A DNA stretch of 64,000 bases from Chrysiogenales bacterium. GTDB taxonomy: Bacteria > Acidobacteriota > Aminicenantia > UBA2199. The stretch lies in the NCBI GenBank assembly GCA_963700535.1, contig CAVOXU010000003.1, positions 70,375 through 134,374 on the forward strand, in the 5' to 3' direction. Positions within the stretch are counted from its first letter, which is position 1; every line of letters starts with the position of its first letter. A program made the position numbers and the translations under genes. Below are positions 31,158-40,885 of the stretch, piece after piece. Below the pieces are notes generated by a model. It worked only from the letters and a program-made list of their open reading frames with translations. It did no database searches and was not told the origin of the DNA.

Positions 31158-32384
31158 TTACTTTTCGAGTATGGCGGAATCCAGTAATGCGGCCATGGTG
31201 CCGCTGCCGGTTTTCAGATCCTGGTCCTGTTTTTCTTTCAGCCGTGCGAGTTCGCTGCTGAAATCTTCCTCTGGTTCTTCCATGGTCAAGGACAGGGTTT
31301 TGCGTTCGGCATCGAAGGCCAGAATGCGTACGTTGACCATTGCGCCGATCTCCAGGATCTCCTTGGGATGATTGAGGCGGCGGTCTGCGCCCAGGCGGGA
31401 AATGTGCAGCAGGCCGGTCACTCCGGGAAAAAGTTCAATGAAGGCGCCAAAGGCTTTCATGTGGACGACCTTGCCGGCAAGTTCGGCTCCCACTTCCAGC
31501 TTGTCGCCGGCAGCGGTCCAGGGATCGGCCAACAGGGCTTTCAGGCTCAAGGAGATCTTGTTGGCTTCCTGGTCCAGCTTGAGAATGGCCACTTTCAGTT
31601 TCTGTCCGGGCTGCAGTGCTTCCTGGGCACTCTGGATTTTCTGATGGGAAATTTCCGAAATGTGCAACAGCCCTTCTATGCCGCCGATATCAACGAAAGC
31701 ACCGTAATCATGTACTGAGGTCACAACGCCTTCGCGCACTTGCTTCAATTCGAGTCCCTGCCACAACTGCCGTGCTTTTTCCTTGTCTTCGGCCAGCAGC
31801 AGTTCTTTGCGTCCGATCACGATATTGCGGCCGTCTTCTTCGTACTGGCTTATTAAAAAGGAATAAGTTTGATCCAAATGAATATCCGGATTCTGGCAAA
31901 ATCTTTTTTCAATTTGCGATATCGGGCAAAAAGCCTTCTGGCCCATGACCTGAACTTCGAATCCACCTTTGTTTACAGCCTTAACCCTGCCCTCAACCGG
32001 AATATGCGCCGCAAAGGCCTCGCGCAGCACGGCCAGGGATGGCGAGTCTTTGGCCTGGCGCCAGTCACTCCGGCTAGATTGGCGCAGCTTTGCCGTGCAG
32101 AGGAATATCCCGTCGCGGAAAGAGGTCACCAGGACTTGGAGTGAATCACCAGCCTTGACGGTTAATTGCCCCTGGCGTTCGCATTCTTCGCGGTCGATCA
32201 TGCCTTCGGCGCGCGTACCCAGGTCGAGGAAAATTTTGTCTTTGGCGATGGAAATAACCTTACCCTCGGCAACTTCGCCCACCTTTATGCGCGCGGCAGT
32301 GCGGAAAGAGGCGTTCAGCAGGTCGGCAAAGCTCTCTCCGTTATTTTTGGCGGGCGCAGCTATTTCATTTTTGTTCTCGGTCAT
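31158..32384 (-). CDS. second S1-domain RNA-binding protein (RpsA paralog, ~4 S1 domains)
   Basis: 'ESFADLL', 'GRVKAVNKGGFEV', 'AFCPISQI', 'YGAFVDIGGIEGLLHISEISH', 'FGAFIELFPGVTGLLHIS', 'GTMAALL'. Confidence 0.85.
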   Translation of the reverse strand: MTENKNEIAAPAKNNGESFADLLNASFRTAARIKVGEVAEGKVISIAKDKIFLDLGTRAEGMIDREECERQGQLTVKAGDSLQVLVTSFRDGIFLCTAKLRQSSRSDWRQAKDSPSLAVLREAFAAHIPVEGRVKAVNKGGFEVQVMGQKAFCPISQIEKRFCQNPDIHLDQTYSFLISQYEEDGRNIVIGRKELLLAEDKEKARQLWQGLELKQVREGVVTSVHDYGAFVDIGGIEGLLHISEISHQKIQSAQEALQPGQKLKVAILKLDQEANKISLSLKALLADPWTAAGDKLEVGAELAGKVVHMKAFGAFIELFPGVTGLLHISRLGADRRLNHPKEILEIGAMVNVRILAFDAERKTLSLTMEEPEEDFSSELARLKEKQDQDLKTGSGTMAALLDSAILEK

Positions 32385-32555
32385 GGGATTTCCTTGTTTA
32401 TTCTCGGATTGATTTTGATTACCAAGATTCAACCAATAGTTTAATCTGTATCGACCTAAATGTCAAGGACAATTCGGCAGGTTACTCATGTTAAAAGGTC
32501 AAGGAAATTGAGCAACAGCGGTCAGTGATCCTGGTTCTGGCCGTCGATCAAGATA

Positions 32556-32972
32556 TTATTTTTTTCCGGATTGCAAATCCTTTCGCTTTTCAATGAAATA
32601 ATCGGGAGCAATGGGATTGCCTTTTTTGCTTTTGACTTCCCCTTCCAAAAAAGCGCCTTCGGCAATGGCGATCTGCTGGCAGACGATTTTTCCCTGCACA
32701 TGGCCGCCGGCCCTGATCTCGATCTTGTCCAACGCCTTGATCCGGCCTTCCACCCGGCCTTCGACGATGATATGGTCGGCTTCGACCCGGCCCGAAAAAT
32801 TGCCATCCCTGCCGATGATCAACAATCCCTTCAGTGTGAGCACACCGTTCATCCGGCTATCCAGGCGCAACTCCCCCTTGCCGCTGATTTCGCCGGTGAT
32901 GGAAGTGGCCTTGGTAATGGATGATCTCTGTTCGCCAGCGGCAGCGTTGTCAGCGATTCTCTGGTTTTGCAT
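32556..32972 (-). CDS. bactofilin (polymer-forming cytoskeletal protein)
   Basis: Beta-helix repeats 'ITGEISGKGELRLD', 'IIVEGRVEGRI', 'HVQGKI...IAIAEGAFLEG'. Confidence 0.88.
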   Translation of the reverse strand: MQNQRIADNAAAGEQRSSITKATSITGEISGKGELRLDSRMNGVLTLKGLLIIGRDGNFSGRVEADHIIVEGRVEGRIKALDKIEIRAGGHVQGKIVCQQIAIAEGAFLEGEVKSKKGNPIAPDYFIEKRKDLQSGKK

Positions 32973-33012
32973 TGTTGCTCCTGTAGGATTGATTTCTTTG
33001 CTCATGGGCATT

Positions 33013-33657
33013 TCACATAAAAAATGACCGGCTTTCCAACATGGTGAAAAATTGCCGGAAAACGGCCTGGGTTTCTGCCAAAATGGCTTTTTGCATAGAA
33101 TCGTCAGGGTGAAAAAAAAGCACTTGCATTACTTCCCGGCTGTTTCCATGCACACTGGACCGCAGCGAATCTGCCGAGGGATTGCCGAAAGCGCCCCGGG
33201 CATCGCGCAGCACGATCTTGCCGTTGAAATTCAGGGCTTGTTTGCGGATGCCCTGGTACTGATCGTTTTCACAGCCTAAAGTGATGACTGCCGGGCCGTG
33301 CAGGCGTTCCAGATCGTAGAGCCCGAAGCAGATCTGGAATTTGAGCGAAAGCAGATTGGTCAGGTCTACTGGATGATTCACGGCAGGAAAGTCATTCTTG
33401 TCGCGGAGCCGCCGCCAGAGGGCTTCAGAAGAGGGGCGGTGTCTGGTCGGGTCGATGCGGAATGATTTATACAACTGGCGGGACCAGGCGAATCCGGGCG
33501 GCAGTGAGCGGTTGTGAATGGCGCGAATGTCAGCCAGCTGACTGCTGATGAATTCTTCCAAGCGATCAGCTTGACAGCCTGACACGCCGTGAAAAAGATT
33601 AATCCCGGCGTTCAATTTTCCAGGCAACAGGTTTTGAATTGAAAAGGGCATGGTCAT
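33013..33657 (-). CDS. free-standing B3/4 domain protein (PheT-related tRNA-editing fold)
   Basis: 'LYKSFRIDPTRHRPSSEALWRR', 'VNHPVDLTNLLSL', 'GLYDL', 'GAFGNPSADS'. Confidence 0.85.
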   Translation of the reverse strand: MTMPFSIQNLLPGKLNAGINLFHGVSGCQADRLEEFISSQLADIRAIHNRSLPPGFAWSRQLYKSFRIDPTRHRPSSEALWRRLRDKNDFPAVNHPVDLTNLLSLKFQICFGLYDLERLHGPAVITLGCENDQYQGIRKQALNFNGKIVLRDARGAFGNPSADSLRSSVHGNSREVMQVLFFHPDDSMQKAILAETQAVFRQFFTMLESRSFFM

Positions 33658-33763
33658 TTTATGTTTGTAAATTCTAGCACAGTGTGGTAAAAAAATCCTC
33701 AAGACATTTTTCATTGAGAACGCCTCCTGCTGTTTGACCGGGACGGCATGGCGCCAAGGAGGA

Positions 33764-33964
33764 ATGGTGGGCAAATTTTTTTTATGGTTGATTTTGCTTT
33801 TTATCTGCTGGCCGCTGGCTTTGCTGGCACTGCTGCTTTATCCTCTGGTCTGGCTTTTGTTACTGCCTTTCCGCCTCCTGGGCATCGCCGTTGATGCGGT
33901 TTTTGAGCTGCTCAGAGCATTGATCACTCTGCCGGCCAGGATCCTGCGCGGACCCCGGCCCTGA
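33764..33964 (+). CDS. small hydrophobic hypothetical membrane protein
   Basis: RBS AAGGAGG. 'CWPLALLALLLYPLVWLLLLPFRLLGIAV'. Confidence 0.7.
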   Translation: MVGKFFLWLILLFICWPLALLALLLYPLVWLLLLPFRLLGIAVDAVFELLRALITLPARILRGPRP

Positions 33965-34027
33965 TCAGCCTCTAATCTTGAGTGGCCGCTAAAAAAAGGC
34001 AAGAGTCGGAGCTGGCTGCTTTTTGCA

Positions 34028-34939
34028 TTGGCGGCCTTGCTGTTTTTCGGCTTGACCAATTTTTTCCTCGGTTTGATATCTGAAAAAAGCGGAGGAACTC
34101 TCGTTGCGAGTGTAAAGGCCGCAATGATCCTCTGGTTGGGAGCGGGTTGCCTCGGGCTCGGCGGTGCCGTTTATTTCATGGCGTCCGGGCGCGGCTTTTC
34201 CGGCCTGCCCCGAAAAAGTTCGCTTGCCTTGCCGTTGGCTGCCGGTGTCACCCTGGCTTTGGGAATGTTGGTGCTGAAGATCAGCCTGGCCGTCAATCCA
34301 CTGGCCAAAGGTCCGATGGTAGCCATTGCCTCGAGCAACTCTCTGATCGTCGCCCTCCTGGCCTGGATGTTTTTGAAAGAAAAACTTTCCCTGGGGCAAG
34401 GGGCAGGTTTTCTGGTAATCATAGCCGGCATTGTCCTCGTGAGCTTGGCGGGCACGGCCAGCGGCCATTTTGGCGCCGTCGCTTACGCGGTTGCGACCAT
34501 GGTTCTTTTCGGACTTACCAATTTTTTGCTGAAGATTGCCGGAGAACAGGGCTGTGATTCAATCACTGTGGCTGTCATTCTGTGGCTGACCATGGGCGGG
34601 TGCGGGGTACTGGCTTTTGTTTGGCAGGGACTGGTAACGGCGCGCTTGCCTTGGCTGCAGCCCGCCGGACTTGGTTGGCTGGCACTGCTGGCCGGGATTT
34701 TCCTGGGCCTGGGCATGTTCTGTGTCAAGAAAGCCGTTACTGCAGGACCAGCCGGTCCGGCCACCGCGATTTCCGGGTCGAACGCCATCCTGGTCAGCCT
34801 TCTCGATTTTGGAATTCTGGGACATTGGCTGCCCGGCTTGAAGTTGGCCGGCATGCTGGTGGCAATTTCCGGCATCGTGGCGCTTGCCCTGGCCCGGCCG
34901 CATCGAAACAATCATTCGCAACGGAGGGTCGTGACATGA
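34028..34939 (+). CDS. EamA/DMT family transporter (true start may be GTG 33982 with an A-run indel)
   Basis: The two halves repeat 'FGLTNF(F)L' and 'S(S/G)N(S/A)(L/I)(I/L)V'. About 10 TM segments. Confidence 0.85.
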   Translation: MAALLFFGLTNFFLGLISEKSGGTLVASVKAAMILWLGAGCLGLGGAVYFMASGRGFSGLPRKSSLALPLAAGVTLALGMLVLKISLAVNPLAKGPMVAIASSNSLIVALLAWMFLKEKLSLGQGAGFLVIIAGIVLVSLAGTASGHFGAVAYAVATMVLFGLTNFLLKIAGEQGCDSITVAVILWLTMGGCGVLAFVWQGLVTARLPWLQPAGLGWLALLAGIFLGLGMFCVKKAVTAGPAGPATAISGSNAILVSLLDFGILGHWLPGLKLAGMLVAISGIVALALARPHRNNHSQRRVVT

Positions 34940-35253
34940 GAATTCTGCGTCAACTGCTGAAAAAAGAGGGCTGGCACTTTGCTGAAACCGGTCTGCCGGT
35001 CCAGGTGGGGGTTAAAGTCGGCGGATACACCGTTCGGCGAAAAAGCATCTGCATAAAACCATGGCCGAGTATTTCCTGCTGTTGGCGGGCAACCTGCGGC
35101 TCCAGGTGAACGATGAGATCCTGGAAATGGAACAGGGGGACTTGATCTTGGTCGAGCCGGGCGAAACCCACCAGGTGCTTCATGGTTCCCCCGATGCCCG
35201 CCTCCTCCTTTTTATGCCTGCCAGCGGTCGCCAATGACAAAGTGGAATTATAA
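34936..35253 (+). CDS. cupin domain protein, frameshifted
   Basis: Starts 'MRILRQLLKKEGWHF'. The alternative frame reads 'KHLHKTMAEYFLLLAG...GDLILVEPGETHQV', which are cupin motifs 1 and 2. Confidence 0.7.
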
Positions 35254-35289
35254 GCCGAATTGGTTGCGGAACCTTTAAAAAGGATTCGT

Positions 35290-36124
35290 TCAATTCTTGA
35301 TATGGAACAGGGGCTGTCCGACCCGGACCGGCTCTCCTTTTTTGATCAGTACGGATTCTACGCGGTCAGCGGGCACCATCAGGATGATGGTCGAGCCCAT
35401 GGCGAAATGTCCCATTTCAGCCATCTGGGCGACCTCGATATCGAGATCCTGCCAGTTGTTCAGCACCGGCAAACCGGCGGGCAGGTAGGTCATGCCTATG
35501 TTGCCGACGAAAGTGGCTCCGATGGCGGCCAGGTAGAAAAGACCGCCTTTAAAAAAGAAGCGGGTCACGACCCTCTCGTTGCGGATGTAGAGGCGTTTGA
35601 CCCGGTTCACCGAAAAATCGTTGACAGGGAATAGGCGCGTGCCGCCGTGAAAGCAGCCGTTGACGCGGGCCGAAAGAGGGTAGTGGAAGCGATGGTAATT
35701 GCTGGGCGACAGGTAGATGGTCGCCAGATACCATTTCCGCGAGAAATCGAGGCCTGTCGGCCAGCAGGCGGCTGACAGGGTAGGCCCAGCCCTTGACCTG
35801 GGTGGCCTGGTCGCTGGACAGGAGTTCCAATTCGCTCAACCTGCCGTCGGCCGGCGCCAGCAGGAATTCGCTGTCCAACGGCAGCGGCCTTTTAACTGGA
35901 TCAAGGGGGCGCAGGAAAAATTCGCAGAGCGAATGGTAATCGGCCAGCTCGCCCTGATACTCATCCATGCTGATCCGGTAATGCTTCTGGAAGCGGCGGA
36001 TCATTGACCGGACCAAAAAGCGGGGCCGGCGCAGGCGCATGATTCTGCCCCAGAGACGGCTCAACGCCGGCAGGGAGATGCAGGCCAACAAAACGCGTCC
36101 GGCCACAAGTGGAATTTTTTTCAT
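35290..36124 (-). CDS. psd: phosphatidylserine decarboxylase proenzyme, frameshifted near 35756
   Basis: 'FFLRPL', 'APADG', 'QVKG', then after the shift 'IYLSPSNYHRFHYP', 'RNERV', 'GATFVGNI' and the cleavage motif 'MGST'. Confidence 0.9.
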
Positions 36125-36201
36125 GAATTTCCAGCGGTCTGAATGAAAAAATTATAAATCATTCGCTTGGTGAAGTCAAAAAAGCATGATACCCGGGCGG
36201 C

Positions 36202-36230
36202 TTGTCAGGCTGGAAAAGTCGTGATAATCT
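36202..36230 (+). promoter_or_regulatory. sigma70 promoter, probably leaderless, for the ANKH/MATE-like gene
   Basis: TTGTCA, 17 bp spacer, TGaTAATCT, then 6 nt to ATG 36237. Confidence 0.5.
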
Positions 36231-36258
36231 TGGCGGATGACAATCTGAAAAGGCCCTA

Positions 36259-37575
36259 TTGACCCGCAGAAAGATCGCCGCATTCTGGCTGCCCCTGTTC
36301 TCCACCTGGCTGATGATGGGCCTGGAAGGGCCCTTTATTGCGGCCGTCATCGCCCGCCTGACCGCAGCCAAGTTCAATCTGGCCGCCTATGGCGTGGCCT
36401 TTTCGCTGGGCATGCTTTTCGAGTCTCCGATCATCATGATGCTCAGTGCGGCCAACGCCCTGGTAAAAGACCGCCAGAGCTATCTTAAATTGAGGCGTTT
36501 CACCAATATCCTGAACCTGTTCATCACCCTGGCCATGCTGCTTGTCCTGATCCCGCCGGTTTTTTTCTGGCTGACGCGCGGGGTGATCAACCTGCCTCTG
36601 GAAGTAGCCCGATTAACTCGCCAGGCCACGGTCATACTTCTTCCCTGGCCGGCAGCCATCGGCTACCGGCGATTTTATCAGGGCATCCTCATCGGCAACA
36701 AAATGCCGCGCCGGGTAGCCTACGGCACGGTTGTACGCTTGGGATCAATGGCGGCAACGGCCCTGCTGCTATATCTTTTTTCTCATCTGCCAGGTGCCTG
36801 CGTGGGAGCGGCGGCATTGTCGGCCGGAGTGGTCATGGAGGCGTTGGCCAGCCGTTTTATGGTCGGCCCGGTGCTGCGGCGCTTGCTTTCCGGTCCGGAG
36901 GTTATGCACGGGAACGGGAAGAAACTGGACACCGGGACCCTGATCGCATTTTATTTTCCCCTGGCCCTGACATCGGTCCTGGCCTTGGCCGTGCATCCCC
37001 TGATGTCTTTTTTCCTGGGCAAGAGCCGTTTGCCCATCGCGTCCCTGGCCGTATTGCCGGTGGTCAGCGCCCTGGTGCTGATATTCCGCAGCGCCGGCCT
37101 CTCATTTCAGGAAGTGGCCATTGCCCTGCTGGGCAAAGGCGGGAACAGCTACCGGCAATTGCGTTCGTTTGCCTGGATGCTGGGTGGCGCGGCCTCAGGG
37201 ATCCTGGTCCTGTTCAGCTTTTCACCCGCTGCGATCTGGTGGTTTCGCAGCATCTCCGGTTTGTCGGAAGAATTGACCCACCTGGCGATTTTGCCCATGC
37301 GCATCCTCTCGGTCATTCCGGCCCTGGAAGTTTACCTGGCATTTCAGCGCGCCCGCTTCGTCACGGATAAAAAAACCCGATTCATCACCAAGGCCACGGC
37401 CCTGGAAGTGGCAATCGTTGCCGGCATCATGCTGCTCGCTGTTTCGCGGACCAATTTGATAGGAGTCGTAGCCGCAACCCTGGCGGTTGTCGGCGCCCGT
37501 ATCTGTGCCGGCGTCTATCTGCTGCTTGCCTACAGGAAATTAAAAAAGATGTCGCCATTCCACGGACAGGACTGA
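36259..37575 (+). CDS. MOP/MATE-superfamily membrane transporter, ANKH-like (probable true start 36237 with a 1-nt indel)
   Basis: About 12 TM segments in two halves ('FWLPLFST' / 'FYFPLALT'), with 'NLAAYGVAFSL' and 'RRFYQGIL'. Confidence 0.7.
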   Translation: MTRRKIAAFWLPLFSTWLMMGLEGPFIAAVIARLTAAKFNLAAYGVAFSLGMLFESPIIMMLSAANALVKDRQSYLKLRRFTNILNLFITLAMLLVLIPPVFFWLTRGVINLPLEVARLTRQATVILLPWPAAIGYRRFYQGILIGNKMPRRVAYGTVVRLGSMAATALLLYLFSHLPGACVGAAALSAGVVMEALASRFMVGPVLRRLLSGPEVMHGNGKKLDTGTLIAFYFPLALTSVLALAVHPLMSFFLGKSRLPIASLAVLPVVSALVLIFRSAGLSFQEVAIALLGKGGNSYRQLRSFAWMLGGAASGILVLFSFSPAAIWWFRSISGLSEELTHLAILPMRILSVIPALEVYLAFQRARFVTDKKTRFITKATALEVAIVAGIMLLAVSRTNLIGVVAATLAVVGARICAGVYLLLAYRKLKKMSPFHGQD

Positions 37576-37605
37576 AAGGGTAACAATCAGATTTTTCTCG
37601 GAATC

Positions 37606-38370
37606 TCAGTTGCCGGCCAGGAGATCAAACAGGATCTTTCCGAAGAGCAGAACCAGGGTAAAAATGAAAATGGGGCGGATAATGGCGCTGCCCTTTTTTA
37701 TGACCAGCCTGGCACCGAGCAGGTTGCCGGCCACGCCGGCGCAGGCAGCCGGAATGCCAATGGCATAGATGATCTTGCCGTTGATGATGAAGGTGATCAC
37801 GGCCGCGACATTGGACGCCAGGTTCACCACCTTGGTGTTGGCATTGGCCGTGACAAAATCGTATTTCAGGACCAGGGTATAAAAAAAGATCAGGAACATC
37901 CCGGTGCCGGGTCCGAAAAAACCGTCGTAAAAACCGATCAGCAATGACGCTACAGCGGCCAGGGAATATTTCCGCTGCCGGGATTGATGTTGCGAGCGGT
38001 TTTCCCGGCCCAGGGAACGATTGGCCAGAGTAAGAGCGGCTACCAGAGGGATAAGGATGATCAGCAATATGCGCAGAAAATCCGGGCTCAGCAGCAGCAC
38101 GGCGCTGGTTCCCAGAAAAGACCCGATCAAGGCGAAAAAAGCGCTGAGCAGAGCCACGCGGACATCGATCAGCCCGTGTTGGTAATAGCGCAGGCTGGCG
38201 ATAAAAGTGCCGAAGCTGGAAGAGAATTTGTTGTTGCCCAGCACATAGTGCGGCGGCAGCCCGGCAGCCATGTAGGCAGGAACAGACAACAGGCCGCCGC
38301 CTCCGGCAATGGAATCGACCAGGCCGGCCAAAAAGACCACCGGCAGTACGATCAGGTATGTGTGCAGCAT
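37606..38370 (-). CDS. sulfite exporter TauE/SafE (TSUP) family
   Basis: 'AGLVDSIAGGGGLL', 'GNNK', 'IGFYDGFFGPGTG', 'KVVNLASN'. Confidence 0.93.
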   Translation of the reverse strand: MLHTYLIVLPVVFLAGLVDSIAGGGGLLSVPAYMAAGLPPHYVLGNNKFSSSFGTFIASLRYYQHGLIDVRVALLSAFFALIGSFLGTSAVLLLSPDFLRILLIILIPLVAALTLANRSLGRENRSQHQSRQRKYSLAAVASLLIGFYDGFFGPGTGMFLIFFYTLVLKYDFVTANANTKVVNLASNVAAVITFIINGKIIYAIGIPAACAGVAGNLLGARLVIKKGSAIIRPIFIFTLVLLFGKILFDLLAGN

Positions 38371-38408
38371 GGCCGGGTCACCGGGGCTGGGGCGCCAGCG
38401 GTCCGCGT

Positions 38409-40295
38409 TTATTTTTTTCCGAAATGATCATGCCAAAGATGAAACTGCATCAAGGCCCATAACCGGTGCGAATGGTTCTCGCGGTTCTGCAGGTGCTCGC
38501 GGATCATGGTCTGCACGTAGGCAGCGTTAAAAAAGCCCAAGGCGGAAATTTTCCTTTCGGAAAGTGTTTCCAGCATCAATTCCTTGAGTTCATTTCTGAG
38601 CCAATTTTTAATGGGAATGGAAAACCCCTGCTTCTGACGATTGAGAATTTTTTGGTCCAGGATGCCGGTCATGGCTTTCTTGAAAAACCACTTGCCGGTA
38701 TTTCCCCGGACCTTCCATTCCGGGGGCAGGGAAAAGGCAAATTCCACCAGTTTGAAATCAAGCAGCGGGGCGCGGGTCTCCAGGGACGCGGCCATGCTCA
38801 TGCGGTCGACCTTGACCATGATGTCGTCAGTCAGGTAGGTTTTCAGGTCCAGGTACAGGTCCTGATTGATCCCGGGAAACTGGCGGCTGCGCTTGAAAAA
38901 TTCGCGGAACGGCTCCCTTTGGGGCAGATCTTGCAGGAAGCTTTCCTGCAGAAAGTCCGGGGAATAAAAGCGTGCTTTTTGCTGCCGGGTCAAAAAGAGC
39001 ATCCAGCGAAAGTGGCGGTTGGCCGCTGAATTGACAAATCCTTCGCCGAAACGCTTGGCGCGGTTGACCAGCCCTTTTTTCAGTTGCGAGGGGGGCAGCA
39101 GGCGCATGGCTTGTCCGGCCAGGGTGCGCAGGGGACGCAGCGGTGATAAGTCCACAAAACGGGCGAGTTTTTGGGCCAGGTAATGCTCGTAGCCGCCGAA
39201 GATCTCATCGCCGCCGTCTCCGGACAAAGCCACCGTCACTTTTTCCCTGGCGGTACGCGAGACAAGATAAGTGGGGAAATTGGAAAAATCTCCCAGGGGT
39301 TCATCAAGGATCTCGGCCAGTTGCAGGACCAGGGCGTGAATGTCGGCGCTCAGCGTCTTTTCCTGGTGATCGGTTTTGAATTTTGCGGCTACCAGGCGCG
39401 AATAAGGCAATTCGCTGTATGATTTCTCTTCAAAGCCGATGGAAAATGTCTTGATCGGAATAGTGGATATTCGGGCCATGGTGGCCACAATGGCACTGGA
39501 ATCGATGCCGCCGGAAAGAAACGCCCCCAGCGGCACATCGGAGATCATGCGCAAACGCACCGATTCTTCGAGCAGGGCCAGGAATTCCTCACGGGCGGCG
39601 GGAAATCCGCCGGGGCTCACGCCCGGCCGGACATCCCAATATTCGCTGATGGCAGCTTTGCCGTTTTCGTAAACCAGCATATGTCCGGCTGGCAGCTTTT
39701 TGACCGAGGTCAGGATGGAATACGGTGCCGGGATATATTCCAGGGTCAGGAAAAAATCCAGGGCCTCATGGTCCACATCGCGATCCACTCCCGGATATTG
39801 AAGAATGGATTTGATCTCCGAAGCGAAAACCAGGTTGCCGTTTTTTTTCTGGCAGTAATAAAGCGGTTTTTTCCCGATATGGTCCCTGGCCAGGATCAGG
39901 CGACGGTTTTTTTGGTCGTAAATGGCGAAAGCGAACATGCCGCGCAGTTTTTTCACGAATTCCAGTCCGAATTCCTCGTACAGGTTGACCACCACCTCGG
40001 TATCGCTCTGGCTGCGGAATGCATATCCGCGCTGAACAAGTTCACTGCGCAATTCGCTGAAATTGTATACTTCGCCGTTGTAGGTGATCCAGGAGTTCCC
40101 CGACTGTGAACTGAGCGGTTGATGGCCGGTGGCCAGGTCGATGATGCTCAGGCGCCTGGCCGCAAGGCCTATGTTTTCTTTTTGAAAAAAACCTTCGTCG
40201 TCGGGACCGCGGTGAACGATCTGGTCGTTCATTTTTTTCAGGGTGCCGGCATCGGCTTCCTTTTCAAACTGGTAATAGCCGCAAATTCCACACAT
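38409..40295 (-). CDS. asnB: asparagine synthase (glutamine-hydrolysing) / amidotransferase
   Basis: N-terminal 'MCGICG', 'HRGPDD', 'RRLSIID', 'NGEVYN', 'FLSGGIDSS', 'SGDGGDE', 'KVDRMSMA'. Confidence 0.93.
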   Translation of the reverse strand: MCGICGYYQFEKEADAGTLKKMNDQIVHRGPDDEGFFQKENIGLAARRLSIIDLATGHQPLSSQSGNSWITYNGEVYNFSELRSELVQRGYAFRSQSDTEVVVNLYEEFGLEFVKKLRGMFAFAIYDQKNRRLILARDHIGKKPLYYCQKKNGNLVFASEIKSILQYPGVDRDVDHEALDFFLTLEYIPAPYSILTSVKKLPAGHMLVYENGKAAISEYWDVRPGVSPGGFPAAREEFLALLEESVRLRMISDVPLGAFLSGGIDSSAIVATMARISTIPIKTFSIGFEEKSYSELPYSRLVAAKFKTDHQEKTLSADIHALVLQLAEILDEPLGDFSNFPTYLVSRTAREKVTVALSGDGGDEIFGGYEHYLAQKLARFVDLSPLRPLRTLAGQAMRLLPPSQLKKGLVNRAKRFGEGFVNSAANRHFRWMLFLTRQQKARFYSPDFLQESFLQDLPQREPFREFFKRSRQFPGINQDLYLDLKTYLTDDIMVKVDRMSMAASLETRAPLLDFKLVEFAFSLPPEWKVRGNTGKWFFKKAMTGILDQKILNRQKQGFSIPIKNWLRNELKELMLETLSERKISALGFFNAAYVQTMIREHLQNRENHSHRLWALMQFHLWHDHFGKK

Positions 40296-40452
40296 GGCTT
40301 ATTTCTTTTTCCGCACTTGGGTAAACCCGGCTGCCGACTTTATATGTCGATCGGAAAAATCGCTTGAAAAATTCAGGAGAAAAAATATCTTGACCGTATT
40401 GCTATACAAGCCTCGCGCCTTTTCTTTCGCAATCAGTTTGTCGAGGCAAATA

Positions 40453-40791
40453 CTATTTAAAGCTCTTTACCGCCTCATTTTCGTCTTCAAAAGTTTCAAA
40501 AACCGTGATCAGCTTGGTGACCATCATCAGGTCTTTGACTTTGTTGGTCAGGTTGGTGATCTTGACCGCTCCACCCTCTTTTTTCAGCGTGGTATAGGAG
40601 CGGACCACTTCACCCAAGCCTGTTGAATCGAGGTAAGGCACTTCGGCGAAATTCAAAATCAGCTGTTTTTCATTTTCCTTGATCGAGGCGTTGACCGACT
40701 GTCTGAGTTCATCGATGCCATCGCCGAAAAGTATTTTTCCTTTGAGATCAAAGATGGTGACGTCGCCATTTTTTCTTTTTTCTATCTTCAT
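40453..40791 (-). CDS. STAS domain anti-sigma factor antagonist
   Basis: 'LNFAEVPYLDSTGLG', 'TKLITVFETF'. Confidence 0.92.
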   Translation of the reverse strand: MKIEKRKNGDVTIFDLKGKILFGDGIDELRQSVNASIKENEKQLILNFAEVPYLDSTGLGEVVRSYTTLKKEGGAVKITNLTNKVKDLMMVTKLITVFETFEDENEAVKSFK

Positions 40792-40885
40792 TTTTTTCTC
40801 CTTTTACACATTCGAGATTATTTTATAGCATATCAAAAAACAAATTTCAATCACTTTTTTGTTTTTGTTCCCGCCAGGGGTTTTT

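Noticed and set aside
36237-36260. In-frame TGA after ATG 36237 as selenocysteine/readthrough
   Set aside because: Readthrough would not reach the main ORF frame (offset 22 nt). A one-base insertion explains it.
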